A stretch of DNA of 64,000 nt from a candidate division WOR-3 bacterium (GCA_027053075.1 JALUEE010000086.1:1-64000); one strand, 5' to 3'. Positions 8,565-19,982 are shown, numbered from the stretch's first letter. The notes: generated from the sequence alone by a model not told the origin. Made by a program: numbers and translations.

Positions 8565-10754
8565 TTAAAACTCTCTAAACTCACTGATATAGGCAGACTT
8601 GAGGTCTGCACCAATCCCATAATTCTGGAAACCATATTTTTTCGAAGATTTAGAAGGCTGAAGCCAGATTTTGTCATTACCATAAACCCCACCGCCTGTT
8701 TTGTATGTATCTTCCCCGCCGCCATCAATAAAAATTCCAAATTCTTTTGCGTGACTAATGTAAGGGCTATAACGGTTGGGTTTCCTGTAAGATTCCCTGA
8801 AGTCAGCGGCTCCAAGCTTCAGGGTTTTGTTTTTAATTTCATACGTGTCGTTGCCGGATAGGTCAATAAAGAATGCATTGGAGCGGATTTCAGCCACTCC
8901 CATAGAGATTATTTTTGCCCTGTAGGTATCGTTTCCCGAGCGGTCAAAGAGTAACGCATCAACAAAATCCCAGCCGAAGCCAAGGGCAGCCCCGGCAGTT
9001 TCATAGAGCTCGTGTCGGTCATCACCCGATTCGTCTATGAGGGCACCGATGGCATAATGAGCACCTGAGCCCTGTGTGAAGTAACAGGAGCGATAGACGT
9101 CATTTCCTTCCCCATCCCACACAATACCGATTCCGTACCAGTAGCCAACACCAAGAGTCCAGTTGCCGGAGAAATATTTATCATCACCGCTTACATCAAT
9201 GAGTGCCCCAAGACCGCCGGCATAACTATGCCCGTCTGAGCCATCTGCCCTTCTTCCACCACCGTAACCCTGTGCACCATTGGCATTGATTTTGAATTTT
9301 GAATGGTAATCTCCAAGGTCAAACACCGAGGAGAGGGGCTCAGCCACATAACGATCATTGCCGGATCGGTCAACGATCACGCCAACCCCACCTGCAATCC
9401 CGGCTCCCTGGCCCTCTCCAAAGATATAGTAGCTGTCGTTGCCTTTCCTGTCTGCCAGAATTCCGATCCCGTTTGTCCCTTCTCCCTGTGCAGCAAGCTC
9501 TGCCCTGTAGATGTCATCGCCTTTGTTGTCAAAGAGTAACCCGAGCCCATAGAGACCAAAGCCCTGGGCACCACGGGCACCTGAATAAAAGTCATTTCCG
9601 CTCCAGTCGATCAGAACGCCGTTCCCCACAATGCCACACCCCTGAGAAATGGCAGAATCTGAGATGTAACGGTCGTTTCCATCAATATCTATTGCAATGG
9701 AAACTCCGAATATCCCGGCCCCGAGAGGTCCATGAACAATATCATTTCCTCCAAGATTTACATAAATGAGGGGTGATTTTGTAAATTTGAGAGTGTCGTC
9801 CTGCCCACCAGCAAATACGACTTCTCCAATGGGTGATTGCCATCTGAAGAGAAATCTCCCCGGTGGTTTTATTTTAGAAATTGAATCGAGTTCTCGCGCC
9901 GCCTTTTCCCCGGCATCGGCAAGCTTCATGGCCGAATAGTAGAGCGAGTGCTCATCAATGGTTTTATAAACATCGTCAAATTCCGGATAATACCTGCTAT
10001 CCTGACCGTAAACAGAAGGGTCAGGGTTTTGGATGATTTTGATCACAGCATCTCTTTTGGTGTTTCTCAGAGCAATTTGCCACCATTTGTAGGCATCGAC
10101 AACGTTTAGTATCAATTTTGCAAGGGGTTCTCTGTATTCTGTGGGGATTTCCTCAAGTCCTTTGATAAAGTCAGCGCCGTAAGTGCCCCCAAAGATCAGG
10201 TCATTCATGCCCACACCGGTGACCTCACGAAGCCTCCTGAGAGCATTGTAAAGGGGTCTCTCTTTGCATACAACTGGATGAAGATTTGTGGAATAATTCC
10301 TGAAACCTGTGATTTTTCGGTCAACTCCTAAAAAATAAACGAGTCTGTGAAGGATAAAGTTTTTAGAATTGAAAAGGGTATCACTGAGGTAATCAGTGGC
10401 AACATTCCCCATGGTTCGAGCATATTCATAAATCATGAGCGGCTTTGCGAATAGGTCATCAAAAGCGGGGATTTTATTGGGGATTTGATGGGGGTTGGGG
10501 TATCTGAGCCAGTAACCTTTTGGAGAGTATCCGAGGTCTGATTTTGTGGCATTTACCTGTGAGAGTACAAAATCAAGCGCATCACTATACTGCTCGGGAA
10601 GATCGGGATTGCTCACTTTTTTGAGAGAAATCTTCCTGCTTCTCTCCTGCCCTTTTGCAGTTTGTGTGTGAAGGGAGATTGGGAATGATGCTTTATTTTC
10701 GCTCATCGCATTTTGGTTAAAGCTTAATATCAGCAACAGGACAATCAATTTCAT
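8565..10754 (-). CDS. Secreted Gly/Asp-repeat (putative beta-solenoid) protein
   Basis: Signal-peptide-like MKLIVLLLILSF; many D-x-x-G-[ND]-D-x-Y / QG-x-G repeats; paralogue of 46550-48388. Confidence 0.75.
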   Translation of the reverse strand: MKLIVLLLILSFNQNAMSENKASFPISLHTQTAKGQERSRKISLKKVSNPDLPEQYSDALDFVLSQVNATKSDLGYSPKGYWLRYPNPHQIPNKIPAFDDLFAKPLMIYEYARTMGNVATDYLSDTLFNSKNFILHRLVYFLGVDRKITGFRNYSTNLHPVVCKERPLYNALRRLREVTGVGMNDLIFGGTYGADFIKGLEEIPTEYREPLAKLILNVVDAYKWWQIALRNTKRDAVIKIIQNPDPSVYGQDSRYYPEFDDVYKTIDEHSLYYSAMKLADAGEKAARELDSISKIKPPGRFLFRWQSPIGEVVFAGGQDDTLKFTKSPLIYVNLGGNDIVHGPLGAGIFGVSIAIDIDGNDRYISDSAISQGCGIVGNGVLIDWSGNDFYSGARGAQGFGLYGLGLLFDNKGDDIYRAELAAQGEGTNGIGILADRKGNDSYYIFGEGQGAGIAGGVGVIVDRSGNDRYVAEPLSSVFDLGDYHSKFKINANGAQGYGGGRRADGSDGHSYAGGLGALIDVSGDDKYFSGNWTLGVGYWYGIGIVWDGEGNDVYRSCYFTQGSGAHYAIGALIDESGDDRHELYETAGAALGFGWDFVDALLFDRSGNDTYRAKIISMGVAEIRSNAFFIDLSGNDTYEIKNKTLKLGAADFRESYRKPNRYSPYISHAKEFGIFIDGGGEDTYKTGGGVYGNDKIWLQPSKSSKKYGFQNYGIGADLKSAYISEFREF

Positions 10755-10786
10755 GGTGAAAATTTTAAAGCCCACGTGGTGAATTT

Positions 10787-11446
10787 TTATGAAAAGTTCT
10801 GCGTAAAGTCCAGCAGTTCAAAGAGGTTGTGAATCTCCATTTCTACAAAATCTGGCTTTGGGAAACGTTTGCGGTTGAGCCAGATGGCTTGAAAGCCAGC
10901 GTTCTTGGCCCCTAAATAGTCCTCTTCAATGGAGTCCCCAACGTGAATAATGGTTGATGTCCCTGCTTTTTGGACCGCTAAATGAAAGATTCGCTCATCG
11001 GGCTTGGAAAAGCCAACATCTTCTGACTGTATGGCAAAGTCAAAAAATCTTGCAATTGGGTGCCTTTCAAACCTGGTGTTGCCGTTGGTAATAAGGCCAA
11101 TCTTATGTGATTTCTTAATCTCTTTCAAAACTGGCATCACATCGTCAAAGAGGATGATTTTCTCGTGCCTGAACCTCAGGTAATGTGAGAAAAGGTTTTC
11201 TGCAAACTCATCATCCTTGATTCCAATTCTATCGAGGGTGGTGTAAAAAGCTCTTCTTCGTATTTCGTAGAGTGAAAGGTTGCTGTATTCTCTTGCAACT
11301 CTGTCTCTATCTTCCATCATTTCTTCGACTGATATGGAAACGTGGGGATACTTTTCTCTGATAATCCGGGCAACTTTTCCAAGGGCATATTTCATGACCT
11401 TCTCAAAATCCCAGAGTGTTCCATCTCCATCAAAAGTGATAACCAT
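10787..11446 (-). CDS. HAD-superfamily hydrolase
   Basis: FDGDGTL, ITNG, KPD, HVGDS motifs. Confidence 0.9.
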   Translation of the reverse strand: MVITFDGDGTLWDFEKVMKYALGKVARIIREKYPHVSISVEEMMEDRDRVAREYSNLSLYEIRRRAFYTTLDRIGIKDDEFAENLFSHYLRFRHEKIILFDDVMPVLKEIKKSHKIGLITNGNTRFERHPIARFFDFAIQSEDVGFSKPDERIFHLAVQKAGTSTIIHVGDSIEEDYLGAKNAGFQAIWLNRKRFPKPDFVEMEIHNLFELLDFTQNFS

Positions 11447-11639
11447 GGGGAAAATTATAGGGATACCAGGACCACAGAATCCAGCGGCCAGATGCCGGAG
11501 AAATTTTTCTATAATTGATGAGGAAGCTTAAACCTATGATAGATGAAGGTGTCTGGCCAGATGTGCCTTCTCAATTCCCAAATACATTCCCACTTTCAGC
11601 AAGTATTAATGCGGAGAGAGGTTGACATAGAATGATATA

Positions 11640-12060
11640 ATTTCTGATGTTGCCTCTCCACCCGCAATCTCAAAAGACAATCCCTCCCCCGCGCTTTGCG
11701 CGGGGGAGGGTGAGGGAGGGGGCATTCCGCTTGAAATCTTAAAAAATTTAAGATGAAAAACCCTCACCCCAGCCCTCTCCCGCTTCGCGGGAGAGGGAGA
11801 TTGATGGATGTAGATTAGAAGAATTTTCAGATGTAGTCTCTCACCTTCATCCTCTCCCCGCAAATAATTTATGCGGGGAGAGGGAATTTTGTATGCGAGT
11901 CCAAATGATTTAACCTACAAGCTTTGATCTGTCACATATCTATCATTAAAATCTTACATTGGATGATGGAACACAAAATATTTCCCTTAACACAATCGAA
12001 GATTATCCCCAAAATAGCTAAAGATTACTTCCTTCCTCAGCGCTTTGCGGGGGGAGGCTT
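11640..12060. repeat. Cluster of four REP-like GC-rich palindromes
   Basis: CCCTCCCCCGCGC-TTT-GCGCGGGGGAGGG; CCCTCACCCCAGCCCTCTCCCGC-TTC-GCGGGAGAGGG; CCTCTCCCCGCA..TGCGGGGAGAGG; degenerate copy near 12030. Confidence 0.8.
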
Positions 12061-12147
12061 TAGGTGATAACGGAATCAGTCTTTCGTCAAAATTAAATCA
12101 TGCTTTGCTAAGGCTGTATAATTTAAAAGTTAAAGGAGGGTAGGACA

Positions 12148-13326
12148 ATGCGACTGAGAGTTGTGGTAATTATAATTATACTCGCACTGTCGTTTGGTGG
12201 ATGTACGGCTTTAAGAATAGCTAAAAAATTTAAAAGCGGTATTCCAGAACTTCCCGTAGAAGCAGATACTATACACTTTGAGAAAAGCCATCCTATTCTC
12301 CTCTTTGTCTCTATAAATGACTCACCTGATACTTTCAAATTTATCCTGGATACAGGTGCTCCAACGATGGTTTCACCTGAAGTGGCAAATAAACTGGGAA
12401 TTCAGAGAGGGGGAAAGCTTCCTTCAAAGGGAGTGAAGGTGCACGCATATTTATCCAGGGAACCAATTACAATCTCTATAGGAAAAGCAAAGGTGAGAAA
12501 CTTTATTCCCCTGATTTCTGAATTTCCAGATGAAGTGAAGGGAATTTCGGGCTTTATAGGTTCTGATTTCTTGAGATTTTTCAAAGTTCGGCTGGACTAT
12601 AAGACAAAAACACTGATTATTGCGAGACCCGAATATCAATTTCCATTATCAAACAGGGCTGTAAAACTCGAAATGAAGACTTCATTTCCGTTATATTTCC
12701 CGATATTTACGTGTGAAATGGATAGTATTAAGGCTAAGGCGATGGTCGATGTTGGATCTCCGTTCTCTATTGTTGTACCAATGAAATATAAAGATAAAAT
12801 TAAGGATGCTATAAAATCCAAGGGAATTATGGCCTCATGGCCAACTGAAAAATCTGTCCCAAATTATCTTGGCAGAGTGAGAAGTTTTAGAATGGGTAAT
12901 TTCGAGGTGAAAGATGCAATGGTGCTGTCTGCTTATCTTCCAATGCCCTATGTCTTGATCGGTAGAGATTTTCTGAAGAACTTCGTTGTCATTCTCGATT
13001 ATCCTGTAAGGAAAATTATTTTCGATCCTTTCGAGAAATTGAAAATAAAAACGAACGAATTTAGTTATGGTTTGAAGCTGCACAGGGAAAAAGGGAAGCT
13101 TGTCATTCAGGGAGTATGGGAAGGTTCTCCTGCAGATAGAGCCGGACTGGAACCGGGCGATGAAATATTGAAAATCAATGGCATACAGGTTGATAGTATG
13201 GATATGAAAGAAATTGAGGATTTACTGGATAGGACCAGAAGTCTGGAGTTGTCAGTATTGAAGCCCGTTAACAATCGGGAGATCTTGGTAATTTTGAAGA
13301 AAGACTGGTTATTGCCGAGACTCTGA
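12148..13326 (+). CDS. Lipoprotein with tandem retropepsin-like aspartyl protease domains and C-terminal PDZ
   Basis: FGGC lipobox; LDTGA and VDVGS; IGSDFL/IGRDFL; SPADRAGLEPGDEILKING. Confidence 0.85.
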   Translation: MRLRVVVIIIILALSFGGCTALRIAKKFKSGIPELPVEADTIHFEKSHPILLFVSINDSPDTFKFILDTGAPTMVSPEVANKLGIQRGGKLPSKGVKVHAYLSREPITISIGKAKVRNFIPLISEFPDEVKGISGFIGSDFLRFFKVRLDYKTKTLIIARPEYQFPLSNRAVKLEMKTSFPLYFPIFTCEMDSIKAKAMVDVGSPFSIVVPMKYKDKIKDAIKSKGIMASWPTEKSVPNYLGRVRSFRMGNFEVKDAMVLSAYLPMPYVLIGRDFLKNFVVILDYPVRKIIFDPFEKLKIKTNEFSYGLKLHREKGKLVIQGVWEGSPADRAGLEPGDEILKINGIQVDSMDMKEIEDLLDRTRSLELSVLKPVNNREILVILKKDWLLPRL

Positions 13327-13364
13327 GTTAAATAGCGATTTTCTTGATATTCTACGAGAAATCC

Positions 13365-13381
13365 CCTCGAAAGAGGTTTTT
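13365..13381 (+). terminator. Short intrinsic terminator
   Basis: CCTC-GAAA-GAGG followed by T5. Confidence 0.45.
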
Positions 13382-13495
13382 AAGCGGGTACAATACATTG
13401 TCACTGGGAATTAGGAAGTAAATTTGTGATCCCCGACTAATAGATTTTTAATCGAAAATAGATTTTTCGCACCCCACGGAGAGGCTACATGTCTT

Positions 13496-13524
13496 TTGAC
13501 AAGGGTGGGGTGAGCTTATATAAT
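13496..13524 (+). promoter_or_regulatory. Consensus sigma70 promoter of ilvE
   Basis: Perfect TTGACA-17 nt-TATAAT. Confidence 0.9.
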
Positions 13525-13585
13525 TTAAATTGATGTGTTTTTTGACCTTCCTGTCTAAAGAAACCCCGAGAAACAAGGAGGAATT

Positions 13586-14515
13586 ATGGCAAGACTAAAA
13601 GAGGCCAAGTATATTTGGATGAACGGGAAGCTTGTTCCCTGGAATGAAGCGAAGGTCCATGTTTTAACCCATGCGTTTCATTACGCATCGGGTGTGTTCG
13701 AAGGCATCAGAGCGTACAAAACAGAGAAGCTCGGTACAGCGGTTTTCAGACTTGATGAGCATGTGGAAAGATTGATAAATTCCGCAAAAATTTACAGGAT
13801 GGAGCTCCAATTTTCACATGAAGAGATTAAGAAGGCCATTATTGAGACTATTAGAGCCAATGAGCACGAGGCCTGCTACATTAGACCGATAGTCTACAGA
13901 GGCTATCACAGTCTTGGTGTTAATCCATTTGAATGCCCTGTTGAAATAGCCATAGCGACGTGGGAGTGGGGAAAATATCTTGGACCGGAGGCCCTGCTTA
14001 AGGGTGTGGATGTAATGGTTTCATCCTGGAATAAATTTGGCCCCAATACACTGCCTGCAATGGCAAAGGCAACTGCCAACTATGCCAATTCACAGCTTGT
14101 TAAAATGGAGGCCGTACTTAATGGGTATGCAGAGGGGATTCTTTTGAATCCTGATGGAACAATATCCGAAGGGTCGGGTGAAAACATCTTTATCGTCTAC
14201 AAAGGTGTAGTTTATACGCCACCACTTGCATCATCTATTCTGCCGGGAATTACAAGGGATACAGTGATCACCATCCTTAAAGATCTGGGGTATGAAGTGA
14301 AGGAACAGCCGATACCGAGAGAATTTCTCTACATTGCTGATGAGGTTTTCTTTACAGGGACTGCTGCTGAGATTACGCCTATCAGGTCAGTGGATAAGGT
14401 CAATGTGGGGAATGGGGATTTCCCAGTGGTGCGTAAAGTACAGCAGATGTTCTTTGACCTTGTGGATGGAAAGATCGAGAAATACAGGCACTGGCTCACA
14501 CCCGTGTATGAATAG
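13586..14515 (+). CDS. ilvE: Branched-chain amino acid aminotransferase
   Basis: HYASGVFEGIRAY, AKATANY PLP lysine, EGSGENIF, LPGITR. Confidence 0.95.
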   Translation: MARLKEAKYIWMNGKLVPWNEAKVHVLTHAFHYASGVFEGIRAYKTEKLGTAVFRLDEHVERLINSAKIYRMELQFSHEEIKKAIIETIRANEHEACYIRPIVYRGYHSLGVNPFECPVEIAIATWEWGKYLGPEALLKGVDVMVSSWNKFGPNTLPAMAKATANYANSQLVKMEAVLNGYAEGILLNPDGTISEGSGENIFIVYKGVVYTPPLASSILPGITRDTVITILKDLGYEVKEQPIPREFLYIADEVFFTGTAAEITPIRSVDKVNVGNGDFPVVRKVQQMFFDLVDGKIEKYRHWLTPVYE

Positions 14516-14524
14516 GATTTGAAA

Positions 14525-14560
14525 GGGGGCGCGAAGCTTCGCTTCGCGCCCCCACCTTTT
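14525..14560 (+). terminator. Intrinsic terminator of ilvE
   Basis: 13-bp GC stem, TTC loop, downstream T tract. Confidence 0.8.
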
Positions 14561-14755
14561 ACTATACTGAAAAGCCTTATCTTATCCGATTTCTAACTCC
14601 TGTGATTCGGTCCATCAAGCTCGTTCCTTATCCCTTCTATAAGGTAATTTATGGAGGAGATGAAATTTTTGAGCAAGGTATAAAAATTTGCAGACCAAAC
14701 CCATTATACTCACTCAATGAATCTTTCTTGTGCAAATGAAATAAGCTATAACGTG

Positions 14756-14810
14756 GCCCCTCACCTTAATCCTCTCCCCGCAAGTATTTATGCGGGGAGA
14801 GGAAGTTTTT
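14756..14810. repeat. REP-like palindrome
   Basis: GCCCCTCACCTTAATCCTCTCCCCGCA..TGCGGGGAGAGG, near-identical to 11840, 19990 and (reverse) 40795. Confidence 0.85.
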
Positions 14811-15084
14811 TGAAGGCCAGCTTAAATTATTGAACATACAATTTGTGCCAGTAGGCTAAGTGGTCACACAACTCTTAAATCACAACTTTTGTGTTCAGAA
14901 TACTAAGACAAGCGAAGCTTGTACTTCCACATTTAACAATAAACTTTCCTACCCCAAGCTTCGCTTGTTGGGGCTTTCCTCTTGAATCTTGAAAATATAG
15001 ATGTTGCCTTCACTCGCAAAGGCCAATTTTGACAGTGGATATCCTCAGAATGTTCACATATTCCCGGGAATCTCCAAATTTTTT

Positions 15085-15822
15085 TCAATAATCTACCTTC
15101 ACAAGGGTGAGGCCCTGGGGTGGGGCAATCCAGAAAATTTCGGGTCTTTTGCCTGAGAGTGCCTTTTTTAATGCCTCGGGACTCTCTCTCCCAACCGCTA
15201 TTGCAACGGTAAAACCCACAAGAATTCTCACCATTTTGTAGAAGAAACGATTCCCTTCGATGTAGAAATGAACCTCGTCTTCATGCTCCACCACATCGGC
15301 ACGGGTGATGGTACTCTCGTAATTTTCTTTTTTATCCCCTACAGAGAGCCCCTCAAAATTTATGGTTCCTTTAATTGACGGGAAAATTTCTTTTGCCACA
15401 CCTATCGAAAATCCTGTTACCCCGTCCCATGTGTAGTTTCTCCTTATAGGGGATTTCTTCTCTGGAATAACTCTGTACCGGTATAGCTTGGAGCGGGCAT
15501 GAAACCGCGCGTTGAACTTTTTATCCATCTCGACCAGTTCATGGATGTAGATATCGGATGGAAGAAGTGCATTGAGGGCCTTTTTTAATTCCCCGGCACT
15601 GAATTTTGTCTTTTCAACGTGCAGGCTTGCCACCTGTCCTTCAGCATGAACACCTCGATCAGTCCGCGATGCTCCTATCAGCCTGAAATTTCCTTCGATC
15701 AGATTTTTTAAAGTTTTTAGAAGCTCACCCTGCACAGTTCTCACATCTGGCTGAACCTGCCAGCCCCAGAATCCACTCCCATCGTATTCAATGGTCAACT
15801 TAAATGTCTTCTCAACTCTCAC
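15085..15822 (-). CDS. truA: tRNA pseudouridine(38-40) synthase
   Basis: YDGSGFWGWQ, SRTDRGVHA, FNARF, MVRILVG. Confidence 0.93.
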   Translation of the reverse strand: MRVEKTFKLTIEYDGSGFWGWQVQPDVRTVQGELLKTLKNLIEGNFRLIGASRTDRGVHAEGQVASLHVEKTKFSAGELKKALNALLPSDIYIHELVEMDKKFNARFHARSKLYRYRVIPEKKSPIRRNYTWDGVTGFSIGVAKEIFPSIKGTINFEGLSVGDKKENYESTITRADVVEHEDEVHFYIEGNRFFYKMVRILVGFTVAIAVGRESPEALKKALSGKRPEIFWIAPPQGLTLVKVDY

Positions 15823-15937
15823 TTTGAGGCTTCCTATGTGGATGTATAAGACAAAACAGGGGAATGGCTAAATTTTCCATAGGCTATTTTTGATTCACCA
15901 TCTCAGCAGAACAATCAACCCTCAGACTTCATCAGCG

Positions 15938-17014
15938 TTATCCACGATACTCTTTTGGCTTCTCTTCTCCTCTCAATACGCGCAGGGCACCTGAGGCAAG
16001 GGCAATCATCTCATTTTCACCGGGATAGACTCTTATTGGTGCAATCCATGAGATATACTGCTTCAGATTCTCCACAAGCATCTCTGAGTGTGCCATGCCT
16101 CCAGTTATTATGATGTAGTCAACCTTTCCTTTGAGGGCGGCTGCCATGGCCCCGATTTCCTTCGCTATCTGGTAAATCATGGCATGATAAACAAGCTCTG
16201 CATACTTGCCACCTTTCGAAATCCGTCTTTCCACCTCCTCCAGATCGTCCGTTCCAAGGTAATCAATGAGTCCACCCTCTTTGATGGTTTTCTTGAGAAG
16301 TTCCTTCTTTGAATACTTACCCGAGAAAGAAAGTTCTATTAGTCCCGTTGTGGGAAGTGAGCCTGTTCGCTGGGGGGAAAATGGTCCCCCGTCGTTTGCG
16401 TTGTTGACATCAAACATGCGGCCGTTTCTGTGTGGAGATATTGAAATTCCTGTGCCGAGATGGGCAACGATAAGGTTCAGGTCCTCGTACTTTCTGCCCA
16501 TCTCCTTTGCCAGCTTTTTGGCCACATATTTTGTGTTTAAAGCGTGTGAAAGACTTTTCCTCGGCAGTTCCTTTAGACCGGATAATCTTGAAGTGTCGTC
16601 AAATTCATCGACAGAGACGGGATCGACAAAATAGCCCGGAATTTCCGTATTTTTAATCAGCTCATAAGCGATGAGTACTCCAAGATTCGAGGCATGGTCG
16701 GTCTGAACCCGTCCATTTCGCACATCTTCGATGAGTTTTTCGTTGATGAGATATGTCCCGGATTCAAGTGGTAGAAAAGCACCACCGCGGGAGACAACTG
16801 CGTCGAAATCCTCCACCCGGTAGCCCGATTTTTCGATAAATTCCCTTACAAGATTTGTCCTGTAATCGAGCTGATCAAGGGTGGTATCAAATTTTTTGAG
16901 CTCTTCAGGTGCATGCCTTATGGTCTCGGATACGACTTCTGTCTCATTTTCAAAAATTGCTACCTTTGTAGAGCCACCACCGGGGTTGATTATGAGTAAT
17001 CTGAATTTTTTCAT
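15938..17014 (-). CDS. buk: Butyrate kinase
   Basis: [33 protein letters not shown]. Confidence 0.93.
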   Translation of the reverse strand: MKKFRLLIINPGGGSTKVAIFENETEVVSETIRHAPEELKKFDTTLDQLDYRTNLVREFIEKSGYRVEDFDAVVSRGGAFLPLESGTYLINEKLIEDVRNGRVQTDHASNLGVLIAYELIKNTEIPGYFVDPVSVDEFDDTSRLSGLKELPRKSLSHALNTKYVAKKLAKEMGRKYEDLNLIVAHLGTGISISPHRNGRMFDVNNANDGGPFSPQRTGSLPTTGLIELSFSGKYSKKELLKKTIKEGGLIDYLGTDDLEEVERRISKGGKYAELVYHAMIYQIAKEIGAMAAALKGKVDYIIITGGMAHSEMLVENLKQYISWIAPIRVYPGENEMIALASGALRVLRGEEKPKEYRG

Positions 17015-17385
17015 CTTTTTGCAATTACCTCAATTTCGACAAGGGCTCCTTTGGGGAGTGACTTAACGGCAACGGTGGAACGGGCAGGGTAGGGCTTCTC
17101 AAAGTAGCTCCCATAAATCTCATTCACCTTTCCGAAGTCTTCCATGTTTGCAAGGTAAATTGTGGTTTTAACAACATTTTCAAATCCGAGGCCGGCTTCC
17201 TGAAGGACGGCTTTGATGTTTTCCATAACCTGCCTTGCCTGGGCTTCAATGCCAGAAACGAGTTCTCCTTTTTCAGGATCAATGCCGATCTGCCCGGCAA
17301 GGAATACAAAATCACCAGTGTCAATGGCCTGTGAATAGGGGCCGATTGCAGCCGGTGCTTTTGAAGTGCTGATCTCTTTTTTCAT
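17011..17385 (-). CDS. ridA: RidA-family imine deaminase
   Basis: [25 protein letters not shown]. Confidence 0.92.
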   Translation of the reverse strand: MKKEISTSKAPAAIGPYSQAIDTGDFVFLAGQIGIDPEKGELVSGIEAQARQVMENIKAVLQEAGLGFENVVKTTIYLANMEDFGKVNEIYGSYFEKPYPARSTVAVKSLPKGALVEIEVIAKR

Positions 17386-17415
17386 GTTTAACCTCCTGTT
17401 TTTAAGAATTTAATG

Positions 17416-17446
17416 GGGGGCGGGAAAGCGAAGCTTTCCCGCCCCC
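17416..17446. terminator. Intra-operon hairpin (terminator or mRNA stabiliser)
   Basis: 14-bp perfect stem with GAA loop; weak U tract. Confidence 0.55.
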
Positions 17447-17455
17447 TAATTAAAA

Positions 17456-18304
17456 TCACACTCTCGAAACGAGTACGGGTACATGTGAAAATCTAACAAT
17501 CTTCTCTGTAACACTTCCAAGGAGTATCTTCTCGAGTCCACTTCTTCCATGTGTCGCCATCACAATGACGTCATACCCGTTTTCTTTTGCGTAATCCATG
17601 ATCACCTGCGGTGTGGGTGCTCCCACTTCCACCATATGCTCGTCTGCCTCTTTAAATTTGTCCTTCAGGTTTTTTAAAGCTACATTCTCAAGTTCCTTCA
17701 CGTCAAGAAGTGGAATTCCGCCAATCATTGATTCATCGAAGTAACCAGAGATGGGCTCTACAACGTGAAAAGCAGTGAGCCTGGCCCCGAATTTCTCTTT
17801 GAGAAGCAGGGCGCAGGGGAAAGCCTCTTCAGCTTTTTCAGAAAGGTCAGTGGTGAAGAGGATTTTCTCAATTTTTGGCTCATGGTTTTTGTAAACGAGT
17901 ACAGGTACAGATGCTTTTCTCGTAATTTTATGTGCCTGGGTACCTATCTCTTCACCGGGTTTTCCGCCATTAACCACCACAAAGTCTATTTTTTCTTTTT
18001 CGACGAATTCAACGATTTTCGCATAAGGTGATCCCACGTCGAATGCATATGCAAATCCGTATTTATCGGCCAGCTCCTGAAGAGCGCTTTCCACACTTGA
18101 TTTTAGGGTCTCAACCGTCTTTTCTAATTCTTCAAAGACAATATCGTAAGGGATGTAACCCCCTAAAATATCCGGCATTACATGCATTAAAATCCCCTTA
18201 GCCTTAAGGCCATTTACCACGAATTTTGAGTAGTTTAAAAACTCATCATTCTGTGCTGAGAGGTCCACGGGTATGAGTACTTTCTTGATTTCTCTCATGT
18301 TCAC
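17456..18304 (-). CDS. Tandem universal stress protein
   Basis: VLIPVDLS, ILFTTDLS, MATHGRSG..LLGSVTEKIVR. Confidence 0.9.
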   Translation of the reverse strand: MNMREIKKVLIPVDLSAQNDEFLNYSKFVVNGLKAKGILMHVMPDILGGYIPYDIVFEELEKTVETLKSSVESALQELADKYGFAYAFDVGSPYAKIVEFVEKEKIDFVVVNGGKPGEEIGTQAHKITRKASVPVLVYKNHEPKIEKILFTTDLSEKAEEAFPCALLLKEKFGARLTAFHVVEPISGYFDESMIGGIPLLDVKELENVALKNLKDKFKEADEHMVEVGAPTPQVIMDYAKENGYDVIVMATHGRSGLEKILLGSVTEKIVRFSHVPVLVSRV

Positions 18305-19506
18305 GCTCCAAACTTTTTAAGTTTTCCTGCATTGGCAAGTAATACAGGCATGAGGTCCATTGCTTTCATAATTCCAAGGTAGCCTTTTGAGCAGTCTCTT
18401 TCGGTAAATTTCGCTTCGGGATTAAATATTCCAGCTCTCTTTGAGTAGATAAGCAGAGGATTGGGATGCCACGAATGACCACCTATGTAAGAAGGTGTAG
18501 AGTGATCGCCGGTAACCACAAACACATCTGGCTTTAGGTTCAGCAATCTGGGAATAAAGGTGTCAAGCTTTTCGAGCACCTTGACCTTTTTCTCGAAGTT
18601 GGCATCCTCACCGGCCTTATCGGTGTCCTTGTAGTGAAGATAGATGAAGTCGTAGTCATTCCAGAGTTCTTCAACCTTTGCCACTTCTGACTCGAAATTA
18701 TCCCCTGCGTCAGGGGTGTCAAATCCAAGGAGTCTCGTTAATCCCTTATACATCGGATAAGCAGCGATGGAAAGTGCACGAAGCTGGAATCTTTGGGGGA
18801 ATGGTTCAAGATCAGGAACTTTGGCAAATCCGCGGAGCAGGATGCCGTTGGCTCTGGGTTCATCTTTTATAATTTCAAGTGCCTTTTTGATGAATTTCTT
18901 GATAACCTCGGCCGTGAACTTTGCAGATTCATCGAGTGGTTCTGGATCAAGCATTTTCAATCCTTCGTGCTGGGGGTCTGTGTCCGTGATTTTATCTGAT
19001 AATCCATCTCCTCGCAGAATAAGGACAAATCTGTGTTCTTTTCCGGGCTTGAGGATGATCTCCACACCGTCAATTTCTTTTATGTGTTCCTGAAGTTTTT
19101 CCACAATTTTTCTTGATTCCTCAGTAGGGATTCTGCCAGCACGTCTGTCAACGATAGTGCCATCGGGCTTGATGGTGGCGAAATTTCCTCTTGCCGCTAC
19201 GTCTCTCTTGGTCATGTGAAATCCTATTCCGAGGGCTTCAAGGACACCGCGACCGATTTCATGTTTGATGGGGTCATATCCAAATAATGATAGGTGAGCG
19301 GGCCCGCTCCCCGGGGTTATGCCTGGCTCAACAGGGATGGTGAGGCCGAGGGCACTCTTTGATGCGAGCTCGTCGAGGTTCGGGATGTTTGCAACCTGCA
19401 GTTCAGTTTTATACCCATAATCAGGGTGTGGTATTCCGCCAAGACCATCTGCAACGAGTAGTAGTATCTTTGATTCATTCTTTTCGAGAATTTCTTTCAG
19501 GTCCAT
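18301..19506 (-). CDS. apgM: 2,3-BPG-independent phosphoglycerate mutase, archaeal type
   Basis: ADGLGG, TPGSGPAHLSLFGYDP, DRRAGR, GDHSTP. Confidence 0.92.
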   Translation of the reverse strand: MDLKEILEKNESKILLLVADGLGGIPHPDYGYKTELQVANIPNLDELASKSALGLTIPVEPGITPGSGPAHLSLFGYDPIKHEIGRGVLEALGIGFHMTKRDVAARGNFATIKPDGTIVDRRAGRIPTEESRKIVEKLQEHIKEIDGVEIILKPGKEHRFVLILRGDGLSDKITDTDPQHEGLKMLDPEPLDESAKFTAEVIKKFIKKALEIIKDEPRANGILLRGFAKVPDLEPFPQRFQLRALSIAAYPMYKGLTRLLGFDTPDAGDNFESEVAKVEELWNDYDFIYLHYKDTDKAGEDANFEKKVKVLEKLDTFIPRLLNLKPDVFVVTGDHSTPSYIGGHSWHPNPLLIYSKRAGIFNPEAKFTERDCSKGYLGIMKAMDLMPVLLANAGKLKKFGA

Positions 19507-19571
19507 ATTTATCCTCCATTTTGATTATAATTCAAAAATGCAATAACAGCCCGGCAAAGTCAAGTCGGAGA

Positions 19572-19812
19572 GAAAAATTCGAAAAATCCTAAATTCAACG
19601 CTCTTTAAAAATCCAGGGAAACGATGTTCCTGTATGTACTTGCATACTTTCGTTAAATTAATTTTTTCTATTCCACCCCTCCCTCCCTTCCAAAGGAAGG
19701 GAGGGAGTTTCGCTATTTATCATGCTTGGGTAAACTTGTTTAAATTCACTTTTCTGCTCGTTATATTCACTTGTAGCTACGAAATAATCAGGGAACATTT
19801 TCGAACAGTCTC
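19572..19812. mobile_element. MITE copy D (241 bp, different internal sequence)
   Basis: Ends ..TTCGAAAAATCCTAAATTC and TTTTCGAACAGTCTC match the family; flanks AGTCGGAGA / AGTCGAAGA (8/9); internal CTCCCTCCCTTCC-AAA-GGAAGGGAGGGAG hairpin. Confidence 0.7.
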
Positions 19813-19982
19813 AGTCGAAGAGAGGTGCGAAATTTATTCTCTATTAACTACATCTGAAAAACAACTGGGTCTGAATTTCCCTTTCCCCGATTGCTTTGCA
19901 AGTGAGGATGTGGATATTATGCTTGAAGATTAGAGATGGAGACTTTTTACTGGGTTGGGAAGTAAGTTTGATCATTTGTGAT

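Noticed and set aside
13400..13420. GTCACTGGGAATTAGGAAG resembling part of a cobalamin riboswitch
   Set aside because: Other conserved elements missing and it lies upstream of the ilvE promoter
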